DNA of 64,000 bases from a bacterium (GCA_049472315.1 JBLIRN010000004.1:32001-96000); one strand, 5' to 3'; counted from the first letter of the stretch, positions 40,397-50,802 are shown. Numbers and translations: made by a program. The notes: generated by a model not told the origin, from the sequence alone.

Positions 40397-41740
40397 ATGG
40401 GCAACAATAAGAAAAGATTTCCTTGTAATATCCTTTTTTTGATCGCATTGTTATGTTTTTTCATGCTACACGCGGCACCGTCGGTGTATGCGCAGTTTTT
40501 CCCGGTCGATCCCGCGCTCGGCGGTTTCGGATTCGGTGGCTTCGGATACAGCGGCTTCGGTGCACCGTTCTCTGGTTTCTACGGACCTCAGCAAGGCGCA
40601 GGATTCTATGCCCCTCAGTTTGCGCAACAAGGGGGATTCGCCTATCCGGGTGCAGGACTCAATCAGGGATATCTCCCTTCTGGGTCCGCCGCCTTTCCCA
40701 ATGTACCCTATGTGCCGCTCTCATCGAATAGTTCCACTTCATCCAACTCCGATACCAGGACCTACCTATCTTATAATCAAGGCTATAATACCGGAATCAA
40801 CACGGGATACAACCCCGGGTTTAACACGGGATACAACCCCGGGTTTAACACGGGATACAACCCCGGGTTCAACACGGGATACAACCCCGGGTTCCTGCCG
40901 GGCGGGTTGCCCACCACAGGAGCCTTCGGCCCGGCAGCGGCTATGTACGGGCAGCAGGCAGGAATCCAGCCATTCGGGTATTCCGGCTTTGCACCCGCAG
41001 CTGCCGCGGGATTCGCCCCCTTCGGACAGGCTGCCGGAATAATGAATCCATTTATGGGCGGCATCGGTGCGCCCTTTGCCAACCCCTTTGCCGCACAAAT
41101 GGGGCCGTTCATGCAGCCCGTCCAAATGGGTCCCTTCGGCCCTCAGATAATGACTCCCTGGAATCAAAATCTCATCCGGCAGCAGCAGGGCTTCAATCCA
41201 TGGAACCCATATGCAGTGAATCCATACAACCCCTATCCCACTACCGGGGACGATGACGACGATGACGACGACGACACTGCTGTCACGGATGACATCCCCG
41301 ATATACGCGGCTACTGGTCCGGTACGTGGACGATCCTGGAAACCGATACCGATCCCAACGGCATGCAGATTATCGTGGAAGTGGCGGAAGGGGACATCCT
41401 CTTCCATGTCACCTATCAGAAAATGACCGGCGGCGAGCTCAGAGGAACGGTGGAGATCACCGGATGGGATGCCGGGGATTTCCCGGATTGGCACGGCGAG
41501 GAGGATCAGATAACGCTCACCGGGTGGATCGACAAGTACAGCAGATTGCTCTATGCCCACTACTTCAATTTCACCGGGGATGAGCTCAAGAGCGATCTGT
41601 CCAATCTCATTTGCGACTATACCTGGAATTTCGATAATCTGAAGATTAAGGATACCGGTTTTTCCGGAAATTTCTCGATTCATGGAACCAACAACTACTA
41701 TGCAATCGGTACCTTCAATGTAGGGAAATATTCACCATAA
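40397..41740 (+). CDS. Secreted Gly/Phe/Pro/Tyr/Asn-rich low-complexity protein with poly-Asp linker and C-terminal beta-barrel-like domain
   Basis: GAGGAGG SD; signal ..VYA-Q; (NTGYNPGF)4; D9; DIRGYWSGTW...GNFSI..GTFNV. Confidence 0.88.
   Translation: MGNNKKRFPCNILFLIALLCFFMLHAAPSVYAQFFPVDPALGGFGFGGFGYSGFGAPFSGFYGPQQGAGFYAPQFAQQGGFAYPGAGLNQGYLPSGSAAFPNVPYVPLSSNSSTSSNSDTRTYLSYNQGYNTGINTGYNPGFNTGYNPGFNTGYNPGFNTGYNPGFLPGGLPTTGAFGPAAAMYGQQAGIQPFGYSGFAPAAAAGFAPFGQAAGIMNPFMGGIGAPFANPFAAQMGPFMQPVQMGPFGPQIMTPWNQNLIRQQQGFNPWNPYAVNPYNPYPTTGDDDDDDDDDTAVTDDIPDIRGYWSGTWTILETDTDPNGMQIIVEVAEGDILFHVTYQKMTGGELRGTVEITGWDAGDFPDWHGEEDQITLTGWIDKYSRLLYAHYFNFTGDELKSDLSNLICDYTWNFDNLKIKDTGFSGNFSIHGTNNYYAIGTFNVGKYSP
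40799..40894 (+). repeat. 24-nt tandem repeat x4 (NTGYNPGF)
   Basis: AACACGGGATACAACCCCGGGTT[T/C] four times. Confidence 0.97.
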
Positions 41741-41783
41741 TAAACCGGCGCAGATTCTCTGCGGCGATAGAGAATGACGCGGA

Positions 41784-41818
41784 CGACGCCCGTCGATACT
41801 ATTGACGGGCGTCGGTTT
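41784..41818 (+). terminator. Intergenic hairpin (terminator or mRNA stabiliser)
   Basis: CGACGCCCGTCGAT-ACT-ATTGACGGGCGTCG followed by a short U-run. Confidence 0.65.
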
Positions 41819-41971
41819 CCGCCAAAAGCGTAATTTTTTAAAATTTTTTCGCGTCATTAATGTCAGGAATGCTCTAGGTTTACCTTATTCATCTATCACG
41901 AAGGGGAGGTGAATTGATGCCAGTTTTTTAGCTATCTCTGTCTTTACGCAAAGAAAGGAGATTGTAAGGTT

Positions 41972-43153
41972 ATGAGTGAGAAAAGGTTATCGAGAGTCTT
42001 GGTTATCGGTTTGATCGCGGGTTTTGGAATTGTGTTGTCCATTAGTCTACCCGGGTACGCACAAATAGTTCCTCTGGTTCCTCCTATTCCTATCACTATG
42101 CAAACCAATTATGTGCAAACGACCCCCTTCACCACTTCAGCCATGAATTCGTCTTACTATCGCGACATCTATACCACATACGGGACCCAAAACACGGCAT
42201 TTTCCAACCCCTTCGCCACCTACGGCTCTTCCTCCATGCTTTATACCGATCCATTTTCACAGGCGGCTTCCAATACCATGTCGTATCAAAATGTCTTTGG
42301 GCAACGCTTTGAAACAGGCCAGGAATTTTACAGGGACCCCTTCTATGCGGCCGGAGGGAAATATACGAATTATTCCTCTCTTATCGGAGGGTTCTCGTCT
42401 GAGATGGGGTATACCATGACCCCGTTTGGAGGCACCACCCACCTGGGGAGTTCATTGACCACACCGTGGACGCACATCGAGACGAATATCAATACGGCAG
42501 CGGGCATTGCAGGTGCCGGTACCAGCATCCAACACGCGGCATTCGGTATGCCTACCGTGTACAATATGATGGGATTTAATCCTGCGGTTGCAGGCCAATT
42601 GTCCCTCATGACCTATGGACACGAAACCGCAGCAATGGACAGGATGCTGAGCAATACATACGCCTATACCAAGGAAGGGATGGCGTATATCCCCGTTGCC
42701 AGCTACTATAATGCAAACAGCGTGGGCGGCACGAACTATTTCTTCGCCGGAGACATCAGCTATCAAGAGGCCGGAATAACCCCTGGCGGCAGCTATGCAG
42801 TAAATCAGGAGGTACCGTCTTCTCTTGTCGGCTATGCAGGCGCTTCATTGGTAACCTCTGCGGCCCTGTCCGGTGCCTTTCTCGGTGCCGGCGCTGCTAC
42901 TGCTGCCCCATATGGAGGCTGGACCGGCGGCACGACTGCTGCCTCAACAGGCTCCGGCGCCATTTATGCCGGCTGGGGTGCGGCTCCTACCGGTTCGTTC
43001 GGCGTTGTTTCCGGCGGCTGGGGTGCACCTGCCGGTGGATTTGCAACCGGCGGCGGTGTCTTTGCCGGAGGCGCAGGTCTTGCCGGCGCAGCATTTGGCA
43101 TAGGAGGCGGAGGCGGAGGAGCCACCTACGGCGGCACCAATGTGGGCTGGTAA
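41972..43153 (+). CDS. Secreted Gly/Ala/Thr/Tyr-rich low-complexity protein
   Basis: AAGGAG SD; signal ..GYA-Q; quasi-repeats with PF turns (TPF, NPF, DPF); G/A-rich tail. Confidence 0.85.
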   Translation: MSEKRLSRVLVIGLIAGFGIVLSISLPGYAQIVPLVPPIPITMQTNYVQTTPFTTSAMNSSYYRDIYTTYGTQNTAFSNPFATYGSSSMLYTDPFSQAASNTMSYQNVFGQRFETGQEFYRDPFYAAGGKYTNYSSLIGGFSSEMGYTMTPFGGTTHLGSSLTTPWTHIETNINTAAGIAGAGTSIQHAAFGMPTVYNMMGFNPAVAGQLSLMTYGHETAAMDRMLSNTYAYTKEGMAYIPVASYYNANSVGGTNYFFAGDISYQEAGITPGGSYAVNQEVPSSLVGYAGASLVTSAALSGAFLGAGAATAAPYGGWTGGTTAASTGSGAIYAGWGAAPTGSFGVVSGGWGAPAGGFATGGGVFAGGAGLAGAAFGIGGGGGGATYGGTNVGW

Positions 43154-43217
43154 TAATGATGCCCTGTAAAAGGTAATTGATTTCGCCTTCATTGATTTTG
43201 ATTTTTGCATGTTCACG

Positions 43218-43258
43218 GGCCCGGTTGAAGGAAATGACCCCTTCAAGCGGGCCTTTTT
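43218..43258 (+). terminator. Rho-independent terminator
   Basis: GGCCCG.TTGAAGG / CCTTCAA.CGGGCC followed by TTTTT. Confidence 0.75.
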
Positions 43259-43329
43259 GCACATCGGGCCCGTTCATCCACAGTCAAGCTGCGCGGTATC
43301 CCAGGGATTCTCATTGTACCATAGGCTTG

Positions 43330-43507
43330 TTGTGAGTGGACATGTTTACGGAGCGATATAGGGAGGCTTTTTGTAAATTTTCTTGGCGAAGCGGAGCGTA
43401 TAACACTGCACATGTCCGAGCGAAGCGAGTTTGTACAATATAGCGGAGCGAGCTTAGAAAATTAAAAAAGCCTGGCCGTCTAGCTGAGTGAATATATCCA
43501 CCCACAA
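43330..43507. repeat. About 180-nt imperfect palindromic element (MITE-like or structured RNA)
   Basis: Terminal arms match 16/20. Inner arms AGGCTTTTTGTAAATTTTCT / AGAAAATTAAAAAAGCCT. Internal loops GCGGAGCG; apex GAGCGAAGCGAG. Confidence 0.8.
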
Positions 43508-43589
43508 ACCTCGATTAAAGATTCAAAATGGGAATCGTCAGCCGTAGTGCCTCTGCTTGAGAAACGACATGAATGCAAGCGTTACCCAT

Positions 43590-43618
43590 TTGACTCTTCG
43601 AAAACCTTAGGCTATCCT
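43590..43618 (+). promoter_or_regulatory. Putative sigma-70 promoter of pyrK
   Basis: TTGACT-17nt-TATCCT. Confidence 0.55.
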
Positions 43619-43639
43619 CTCAGGTAACAAGGAGGATAC

Positions 43640-44467
43640 ATGGGCGTCATCACCCGCAATCTTGAACAGGCATCCGGCCTGTATCTATTATCCGTTGAAT
43701 TTCCCGAAAACAGGCAGCAACCCGAACCGGGTCAATTCTATATGCTCCGCTGCAGCCCCTGCACCGATCCCCTTCTCAGACGACCGCTGAGCATCCATGG
43801 ATATTGCGCAGAAGGCGAGAGAGGGAACCCTCGGTGTGATTTCCTCTACCGGGTGGCGGGAAAGGGGACCGCGCTTCTGTCGCGCATGGGACCGGCGGAC
43901 CCTCTGGATGTCATGGGCCCCCTGGGCACGGGATTCGACCTTCCCCCCTCCCTGGAATATGCACTGCTCATCGCCGGGGGTATCGGCATCGCCCCCCTGC
44001 CCTACCTTGCCGAGCGCCTTGCCGAGAAAAACACCTCCACCCATATCCGTCTGCTCTTCGGGGCACAAACCGCGGAACACATTATCGCCATAGAACGCTT
44101 CAACCGGCCGGAAATGGAGGTCTCCCTATACACCGAGGACGGGACCATGGGAAGGAAGGGGTGCGTCACCGACGATCTGGGCACGGAACTGAAGGCCTGT
44201 CACCCGGGGCGGTCCATGGTCTTTGCCTGCGGTCCTGATGGGATGCTCGACGCGGTGGCGCGGCAATGCATCGATGCGAAAATCCCTTGTCAGGTATCCC
44301 TGGATCGACACATGGCGTGCGGTGTTGGTGCATGCCAGGGGTGCGTGGTGAAGGGGGCGCACCAGGGGAAGACCAGGGGGAGACCCTATGTGCGGGTATG
44401 CAGCGACGGCCCGGTGTTTGAAGCCAGGCAGATCATGTGGTCAGGAGGGGAACAGTGCCCTCGTTAG
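43640..44467 (+). CDS. pyrK: Dihydroorotate dehydrogenase electron transfer subunit
   Basis: RRPLSI, GPLG, GGIGIAP, CGP and MACGVGACQGC...C.DGPVF. Confidence 0.95.
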   Translation: MGVITRNLEQASGLYLLSVEFPENRQQPEPGQFYMLRCSPCTDPLLRRPLSIHGYCAEGERGNPRCDFLYRVAGKGTALLSRMGPADPLDVMGPLGTGFDLPPSLEYALLIAGGIGIAPLPYLAERLAEKNTSTHIRLLFGAQTAEHIIAIERFNRPEMEVSLYTEDGTMGRKGCVTDDLGTELKACHPGRSMVFACGPDGMLDAVARQCIDAKIPCQVSLDRHMACGVGACQGCVVKGAHQGKTRGRPYVRVCSDGPVFEARQIMWSGGEQCPR

Positions 44468-45387
44468 CGGTTTTATTTGCAGGACTCACCCTCAAGAATC
44501 CCGTAGTGCTCGCCTCAGGCACCTGCGGATACGGGGTGGAATATGCCCCGTTCCTCGACCTCAACCGCCTCGGTGGGATCGTGGTCAAGGGGATCTCCCT
44601 CGCCCCCAGGCAGGGAAATCCCCCTCCCAGGATCATCGAGACACCCTCGGGCATGCTCAACGCCATCGGGCTTCAAAACATAGGATGGCGCGCCTTTGTG
44701 ACCGAGTATCTGCCCAGACTTTCCGCATTCGAGACCAAGGTCATCGTGAACATCTACGGTCACACCGTCGGGGAGTACCGCGAGGTGGCGCAGCGGCTCT
44801 CGGAGCATCCGGGGATCCATGCCCTGGAGATCAATGTCTCCTGCCCGAATGTAGACAAGGGAGGGCTCGCCTTTGGAACGGACCCTGCCTGCACCTTTCA
44901 GGTCACCGAGGCGGTCAAAAAGGCGACCCATCTGCCGGTCATCACCAAGCTCTCCCCGAACGTGACGGATATCCGCCCCATTGCCAAGGCTGCGGAGGAG
45001 GCGGGTGCGGATGCCCTCTCCCTCATCAATACCCTCCTGGGAATGACCGTGGATGTCCGCACGAGACGCCCGCACCTTGCCAACATCACCGGCGGTCTCT
45101 CAGGCCCGGCCATCCGGCCGGTGGCCCTGCGCATGGTGTGGGAGGCGGCCAGGGCCGTTTCCCTGCCGATCATAGGCATGGGAGGGATCATGAATGCCGA
45201 GGATGCACTCGCCTTCCTCATGGTAGGCGCCACGGCCGTTCAGATAGGCACCGGCCTCTTTGTGGACCCAAGCTGTCCGGTCAGGGTTCTGGATGGAATG
45301 CAGGCATTCCTGGTCGAGGAGGGGATCGAGGATATCCGGCAGATCATAGGAGGCCTCGACACCTCACCGGCAAGGGATGATCGATGA
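44455..45387 (+). CDS. pyrD: Dihydroorotate dehydrogenase 1B catalytic subunit
   Basis: NPVVLASG, NAIGLQN, NVSCPN, KLSPNVTD and GGLSGPAI. GTG start after GGAGG. Confidence 0.97.
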   Translation: MPSLAVLFAGLTLKNPVVLASGTCGYGVEYAPFLDLNRLGGIVVKGISLAPRQGNPPPRIIETPSGMLNAIGLQNIGWRAFVTEYLPRLSAFETKVIVNIYGHTVGEYREVAQRLSEHPGIHALEINVSCPNVDKGGLAFGTDPACTFQVTEAVKKATHLPVITKLSPNVTDIRPIAKAAEEAGADALSLINTLLGMTVDVRTRRPHLANITGGLSGPAIRPVALRMVWEAARAVSLPIIGMGGIMNAEDALAFLMVGATAVQIGTGLFVDPSCPVRVLDGMQAFLVEEGIEDIRQIIGGLDTSPARDDR

Positions 45388-47135
45388 TCCCCGCCCGATG
45401 GACCTTCAGGGAACCATCATCCGGCGAGACGATCGATCGGCTGGCCAGGGCACTGGACCTGCATCCGGTGGTATGTCAAATACTCGCCCAGCGCGGATTC
45501 GAAACCCCCGAATCGATCACCGGGTTTCTCCGGCCCGACCTGACCTCGATACACAACCCCTTTCTTTTAAAAGATATGCACCATGCGGTGGAACGGATCG
45601 ATCATGCCCTGAAAAAGGGGCACCCCATGCTCGTGTACGGTGACTACGATGTTGACGGCATCACTGCATCGGCGATGCTGGCCGAGTGCCTCACCGGATA
45701 CGGCGGGAATGTACAGGTCCGCCTCCCCAACCGGGTCACCGAGGGATACGGCCTTCACCCCCGGGTGATCGAAGAGGCACACCGCAACGGCATCACCTTG
45801 ATCATCACCGTGGATTGCGGCACATCGGATCATGAGGCGGCCACACGTGCGCGCGACCTGGGGATCGATCTCATCATCACGGATCACCACCATCCTCCGG
45901 ATACCCTTCCCGAGGCTGCCGCCCTCATCAATCCCAAACAACCGGATTGCCCGTATCCCTATAAGGACCTTGCCGGGGTCGGGGTGGCGCTCAAGCTGGT
46001 GCAGGCCCTTGCCCTTTCCCGCCAGGGACGGCAGATGAGTCTTCACCAGGTGGGATACTGGCCTGAGGCGCTCAACCGATACCTGGACCTGGTGTGCCTG
46101 GGGACGATTGCGGACGTCATGCCCCTCACCGGGGAGAACAGGGTGCTGGTGAAGTTCGGCCTGGAGGCACTGCGCGATACCACACGGCCCGGCCTATGGG
46201 CGCTCAAGGAGGCCACCGGGATCAATGGAAAGGAGATGACCTCAGGAGCAGTGGGATTCGTACTCGCCCCCAGGATCAATGCCACCGGAAGGTTGCAGGG
46301 GCCCGAGGCGGGGCTGCGGCTCCTCATGACACCCTCCCCTCAGGAGGGGGAGCACCTCGCCCGCCTTTTGAATCAACAGAATCAAAAACGACGCGAGGTC
46401 GAGGAGGGCATCCTGCGCACCGCACACCGCAAGATCAAGGAGGAGTTGGATCTCGATGCGGAGATGGCGATCATCCTTGCCGATCCCGACTGGCATCCGG
46501 GGGTTATCGGTATCGTGGCCCAGAAGCTGGTAGAAGAGTTCTACCGCCCTACCATCCTCATTTCTTTGCAATCCGGGATCGGAAAGGGATCGGCACGCTC
46601 CATACCCTGCATCCATCTCTATGCATTGCTCGATCATTGCCGACACCTGTTGAAGGACTTCGGGGGACATGCCCGTGCCGCCGGTCTCACCATCGACGAG
46701 GGGATGATCCCCGCCTTCAGGAAGCGGGCAAACGAGGTCCTGAACGAGCAATACATCAGGGAGGAACTGGTACCGGAGATGACCATCGACGCCGTCATCG
46801 ACGGGCATTCCCTCGACTCCTCCCTCATCGAGCAGTTGGAGATCCTCGGTCCCTTCGGAAGCTCGAACCCTGAACCCGCCCTCTGCCTGAAGGGATTGTG
46901 CTCGACAGCCCCTCCCCGCCTCCTGAAGGACGCACACCTCAAGATCCGTTTCAGGGGTGCTTCGGGGATCCACGAGGCCATCGGCTTCAACATGCGGCAT
47001 GTGTGGGAGCGGATGACCGGTTCCCTGGGGGAGCGTGCCTGGGATGTGGTCTTTTACCCCCAAATCAACAATTGGCAGGGAGTACGCACCATTCAACTCC
47101 GGCTCAAGGACATAAAGGCCCATGATTCGCATTGA
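45384..47135 (+). CDS. recJ: ssDNA exonuclease RecJ
   Basis: GDYDVDG, TVDCG, TDHH, PRINA.GR, GSARS and GGH..AAG. Confidence 0.97.
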   Translation: MIPARWTFREPSSGETIDRLARALDLHPVVCQILAQRGFETPESITGFLRPDLTSIHNPFLLKDMHHAVERIDHALKKGHPMLVYGDYDVDGITASAMLAECLTGYGGNVQVRLPNRVTEGYGLHPRVIEEAHRNGITLIITVDCGTSDHEAATRARDLGIDLIITDHHHPPDTLPEAAALINPKQPDCPYPYKDLAGVGVALKLVQALALSRQGRQMSLHQVGYWPEALNRYLDLVCLGTIADVMPLTGENRVLVKFGLEALRDTTRPGLWALKEATGINGKEMTSGAVGFVLAPRINATGRLQGPEAGLRLLMTPSPQEGEHLARLLNQQNQKRREVEEGILRTAHRKIKEELDLDAEMAIILADPDWHPGVIGIVAQKLVEEFYRPTILISLQSGIGKGSARSIPCIHLYALLDHCRHLLKDFGGHARAAGLTIDEGMIPAFRKRANEVLNEQYIREELVPEMTIDAVIDGHSLDSSLIEQLEILGPFGSSNPEPALCLKGLCSTAPPRLLKDAHLKIRFRGASGIHEAIGFNMRHVWERMTGSLGERAWDVVFYPQINNWQGVRTIQLRLKDIKAHDSH

Positions 47136-49269
47136 GGACATCACGGACCGGGTTCGATCGTATATCCCCGATCCGGATATCGATATCATAAACCGCGCCT
47201 ATATCTTTTCGGCAAAGGTCCACAAGGGCCAGACCCGCGCGTCGGGCGGTCCCTACCTGGAACATCCCCTCGAGGTATCCGGTATTCTGGCAGGAATGAA
47301 ACTGGACGAGGTAACGGTTTCCGCAGGGCTCCTCCACGACACCGTCGAGGACACCCTGACCGGCATCAACCAGATCGAGGACCTCTTCGGTGCGGAAATC
47401 GCCTTTATCGTCGACGGATTGAGCAAAATCGGCCAGATATCCTTCGAAAGCCAGGCAGCCGAGCAGGCGGAGAATTACAGAAAGATGATCCTGGCGATCG
47501 CCAAGGACATCCGGGTCATCTTGATAAAACTGGCAGACCGCCTCCACAATATGAGGACCCTGCACTTCCTGGGTGAACCGAGCAGGAGGCGCATCGCCCA
47601 GGAGACCATGGATATCTATGCCCCCTTTGCCAATCGGCTTGGTATGGCACGTATCAAATCAGAGCTCGAGGACCTCTCCTTCAAATACCTGGAGCCGGAG
47701 ATCTACGAGGAACTGGTAAGAAACATCGAAAGCACCAAGAAGGAGACCATGCGGCTGATCGAGGAGGCCATCGGGATCATTACCAAGGAACTCGAGACAT
47801 TCGGCATATCCTGCACCGTGTACGGCAGGCCCAAGCACATCTACAGCATCTATCAAAAGATGATGAGGAAGGAGATCTCCTTCGAACATGTCTTCGATCA
47901 GCGTGGCATCAGGATCATCACCGAGTCGGTGAAGGACTGCTACGCAGTCCTGGGGGTCATCCATTCCCTGTGGAGGCCTGTGCCCGGGGAATTCGACGAT
48001 TACATCGCCATGCCAAAACCAAACATGTATCAATCCCTGCACACGGTGGTCATCGGTCCCGGGGTGCAACCCCTGGAGATCCAGATACGCACCGATGAGA
48101 TGAACAAAACCGCAGAGGAAGGAATCGCGGCTCACTGGCGTTACAAGGAAAAGGGGAAGATCGACGACAAATACGACCAAAAGCTCTTCTGGTTACGACA
48201 GTTGATGGAGTGGGTGCAGGAGCTGAAGGACCCCAACGAATTCCTCCGCATGATGAAGGTGGACCTCTTCCAGGACGAGGTCTTCGTATTCACCCCCAAG
48301 GGGGAGGTCAAGGGGCTTCCCAAGGATGCCACCCCAGTGGATTTTGCATACAGCATCCACACGGACGTCGGAGACCACTGTGTCGGCGCCATCGTCAACG
48401 GGAAGATCGTGCCGTTGAATTCCACACTCAAGACCGGGGATGTGATCAAGATCAATACCTCCGCGAACCATAAACCGAACAGGGATTGGCTCAAATTCGT
48501 GAAATCGCCGAAGGCGATGCAGAAGATCAAGCACTGGATCAAGGTGGAGGAGCGGCAGAGGAGCATATCCCTTGGAAGGGACATCCTGGACAAGGTGGCG
48601 CGAAAATACGACCTCACCTACAACAAGCTCCTCCACGAGGGGATGATCACCCAGGCGGCCAGAAGATTCTCCTACCAGGGCATCGAGGAATTCCTCGCGG
48701 ACATCGGATATGGGAAGATCTCGGCAAAGCAGGTCATCCAATACATTGCGCCGCATGAACATCCGAAGGAGAAGAAGGAGGCATCTGCGGTTCAAAAGGC
48801 GGTTCGCCACATTACCAGGAAAAAGAAGGAAGGTGTCAGCATAAAGGGGCTTGATGACGTACTGGTGCGTTTTGCAAAATGCTGCAATCCTGTGCCCGGG
48901 GATCCGATATGCGGTTTCATCACCCGGGGAAAGGGGATCACCGTGCACCGGGTGGACTGCCCAAACAGTCAATCCCTCGGGCTCGGCTCGGACCGCCAGA
49001 TCGAGGTTGCATGGGATGTTAAGGACCACCGGCCCTTCCCTGTGGGGCTCACTGTCATCTCACTTGATCGCAGGGGGCTGCTCGCGGATATCACCACTGC
49101 CATTTCAAATCAAAAGGGGAACATCATATCGGCGAGTGTGAAGACCACGGAGCATCAGTCGGCAGTCAGCAACTTCATGATCGAGATCACCGATCTGGAT
49201 CATCTGAAAAGGATCATAAACACCGTCCGCAGGATTTCCGGGGTCGTCCAGGTGGAGCGGACCCGGTAA
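47122..49269 (+). CDS. relA: Bifunctional (p)ppGpp synthase/hydrolase
   Basis: HD motif LHDTVEDT, KLADRLHNMRT, YQSLHT, EIQIRT, TGS, CCNP and ACT. Rel/SpoT-type bifunctional. Confidence 0.95.
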   Translation: MIRIEDITDRVRSYIPDPDIDIINRAYIFSAKVHKGQTRASGGPYLEHPLEVSGILAGMKLDEVTVSAGLLHDTVEDTLTGINQIEDLFGAEIAFIVDGLSKIGQISFESQAAEQAENYRKMILAIAKDIRVILIKLADRLHNMRTLHFLGEPSRRRIAQETMDIYAPFANRLGMARIKSELEDLSFKYLEPEIYEELVRNIESTKKETMRLIEEAIGIITKELETFGISCTVYGRPKHIYSIYQKMMRKEISFEHVFDQRGIRIITESVKDCYAVLGVIHSLWRPVPGEFDDYIAMPKPNMYQSLHTVVIGPGVQPLEIQIRTDEMNKTAEEGIAAHWRYKEKGKIDDKYDQKLFWLRQLMEWVQELKDPNEFLRMMKVDLFQDEVFVFTPKGEVKGLPKDATPVDFAYSIHTDVGDHCVGAIVNGKIVPLNSTLKTGDVIKINTSANHKPNRDWLKFVKSPKAMQKIKHWIKVEERQRSISLGRDILDKVARKYDLTYNKLLHEGMITQAARRFSYQGIEEFLADIGYGKISAKQVIQYIAPHEHPKEKKEASAVQKAVRHITRKKKEGVSIKGLDDVLVRFAKCCNPVPGDPICGFITRGKGITVHRVDCPNSQSLGLGSDRQIEVAWDVKDHRPFPVGLTVISLDRRGLLADITTAISNQKGNIISASVKTTEHQSAVSNFMIEITDLDHLKRIINTVRRISGVVQVERTR

Positions 49270-49285
49270 ATCATATTGCGCCTGC

Positions 49286-49477
49286 CTATATGGCCTTTAC
49301 CACCTTTTGTGCCTTGATGCATCGTGTGCACACCTTCATCCGTCGAACGCTCCCCCCCTGCAGGACCTTTATCGACTGGATATTGGGAAGCCACCTGCGC
49401 TTTGTTTTGTTGTGTGCGTGGCTCACACTGAAACCGATGCCAGGGCCCTTACCACAGATATCACACCGTCTGGACAT
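49286..49477 (-). CDS. rpmB: 50S ribosomal protein L28
   Basis: [32 protein letters not shown]. Confidence 0.97.
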   Translation of the reverse strand: MSRRCDICGKGPGIGFSVSHAHNKTKRRWLPNIQSIKVLQGGSVRRMKVCTRCIKAQKVVKAI

Positions 49478-49665
49478 GTTCATTTCCCTCCAACACCAAA
49501 CTCAATATCGATTCGGGTCCCATCTGGTCTTTCCCCATGAACCCTCTTCGCGTACAAGTGCCTGGATGTTTTGACATAACAAAGTTTAATATGATAGCAT
49601 TCTTTTTCTTATGTTGCAAACGCCTCCGGAGGGGGTTCGGTGATTCCAATTTTAGCAGAGTTTCG

Positions 49666-49730
49666 TTGTTGGCAGACATAGTTACTCCGCTGGACGGGAA
49701 GGCTTTTTTAATTTTCTAAGGCTCGCTCCG
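49666..49730 (-). repeat. Partial inverted copy of the right arm of the 43330-43507 element
   Basis: Reverse complement CGGAGCGAGCCTTAGAAAATTAAAAAAGCCTTCCCGTCCAGCGGAGT.. aligns to 43444-43507. Confidence 0.8.
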
Positions 49731-49866
49731 TAACCATGCCTGCCCCAACTCCCGGGCTGACGATTCAATATTGGTATTGCCGGGGCGAGCCAATGAGAGA
49801 AACACCCTTGTTAACTATGAACACTTCATGCGACATGCATGAACAGAGGGACGGGGATCTTTCCCT

Positions 49867-50742
49867 ATGAGGGGCACCATGCGTACCAAGCGGATCCTTC
49901 TTCTTTTGGCCTATACTGCTATCGCGTTTCTCATCTTCACGGTTTTCTTGTTTCCCTCCGAGATGATCACCAGAAAAACCGAGTGGGCCATCTCACGGCA
50001 TTTCCCCGGCACCGTTCAGATCAAGGATGTCTCCTTCATTCTCCCGGCAGGGGTGCGGATTCGGGGACTGGAGATCATCGTCCCCGCAGACGAGAAGCCC
50101 TTTTCCATTATAATAGACAGAGCCGAAGCAGGGATCGATTTCCTCTCGCTGGTGAAGGGGAAGATCGGTATCAAGGGGAAAATAACCATAGGAGAAGGGA
50201 TGATTCAGGCATCCATGAATCACAGGGTATGGGGGGCGCCTGCGCGACACCTCTCTGCCGCCTTCACCAATCTTGCCCTTCAAGATTTCCCCGTGCTCTC
50301 CCAGAAGTTTGGAATCCATGTCACCGGCCTCCTGCAGGGTGATCTGGACGTTGACTGGATAGGGGAAGACATCATCAACGGCAGCGGAAGGTGGTCGTTC
50401 ACAATCGACGAGGGACGAATGATCCCCAGGCAATTCCCTGCATTCAGCTATACGTCGATCACGGGAGAGGGGTCCATCAAGGAGCAGCACGTGGTGATTG
50501 ACCGCATCGAGATTCAAGGGGATGATCTGTCCCTTAACGCCTCCGGACGTGTGCGGCTTGCATACCAGTTACAGCAGCTTTTGGTGGATACCCAGGTGGG
50601 CTTAAAGGTATTCCCCAGGCTGCGGCAGAGACTGGGCGGATTTGCCACCCTCTTGCCCACGCCGGATACCCACGGCTTCATCAATCTCTTTATATCCGGC
50701 CCGCCGGGAGATCTTAGATTTTCATCACGGCGCCACCGATGA
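49867..50742 (+). CDS. gspN: Type II secretion GspN-like protein
   Basis: N-terminal TM ending LFP, beta-rich AsmA-like body, L.LL.G motif. Resembles deltaproteobacterial GspN. Confidence 0.6.
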   Translation: MRGTMRTKRILLLLAYTAIAFLIFTVFLFPSEMITRKTEWAISRHFPGTVQIKDVSFILPAGVRIRGLEIIVPADEKPFSIIIDRAEAGIDFLSLVKGKIGIKGKITIGEGMIQASMNHRVWGAPARHLSAAFTNLALQDFPVLSQKFGIHVTGLLQGDLDVDWIGEDIINGSGRWSFTIDEGRMIPRQFPAFSYTSITGEGSIKEQHVVIDRIEIQGDDLSLNASGRVRLAYQLQQLLVDTQVGLKVFPRLRQRLGGFATLLPTPDTHGFINLFISGPPGDLRFSSRRHR

Positions 50743-50802
50743 TCCCTCCCCATAGCACGTGATAATAAAGCACGGAATGGAAGGGAAATCGCCGGTTAAT
50801 TA

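Noticed and set aside
44388..45380. 330-aa alternative-frame ORF over pyrD
   Set aside because: Arg/Gly/Pro-rich off-frame translation of a GC-rich gene.
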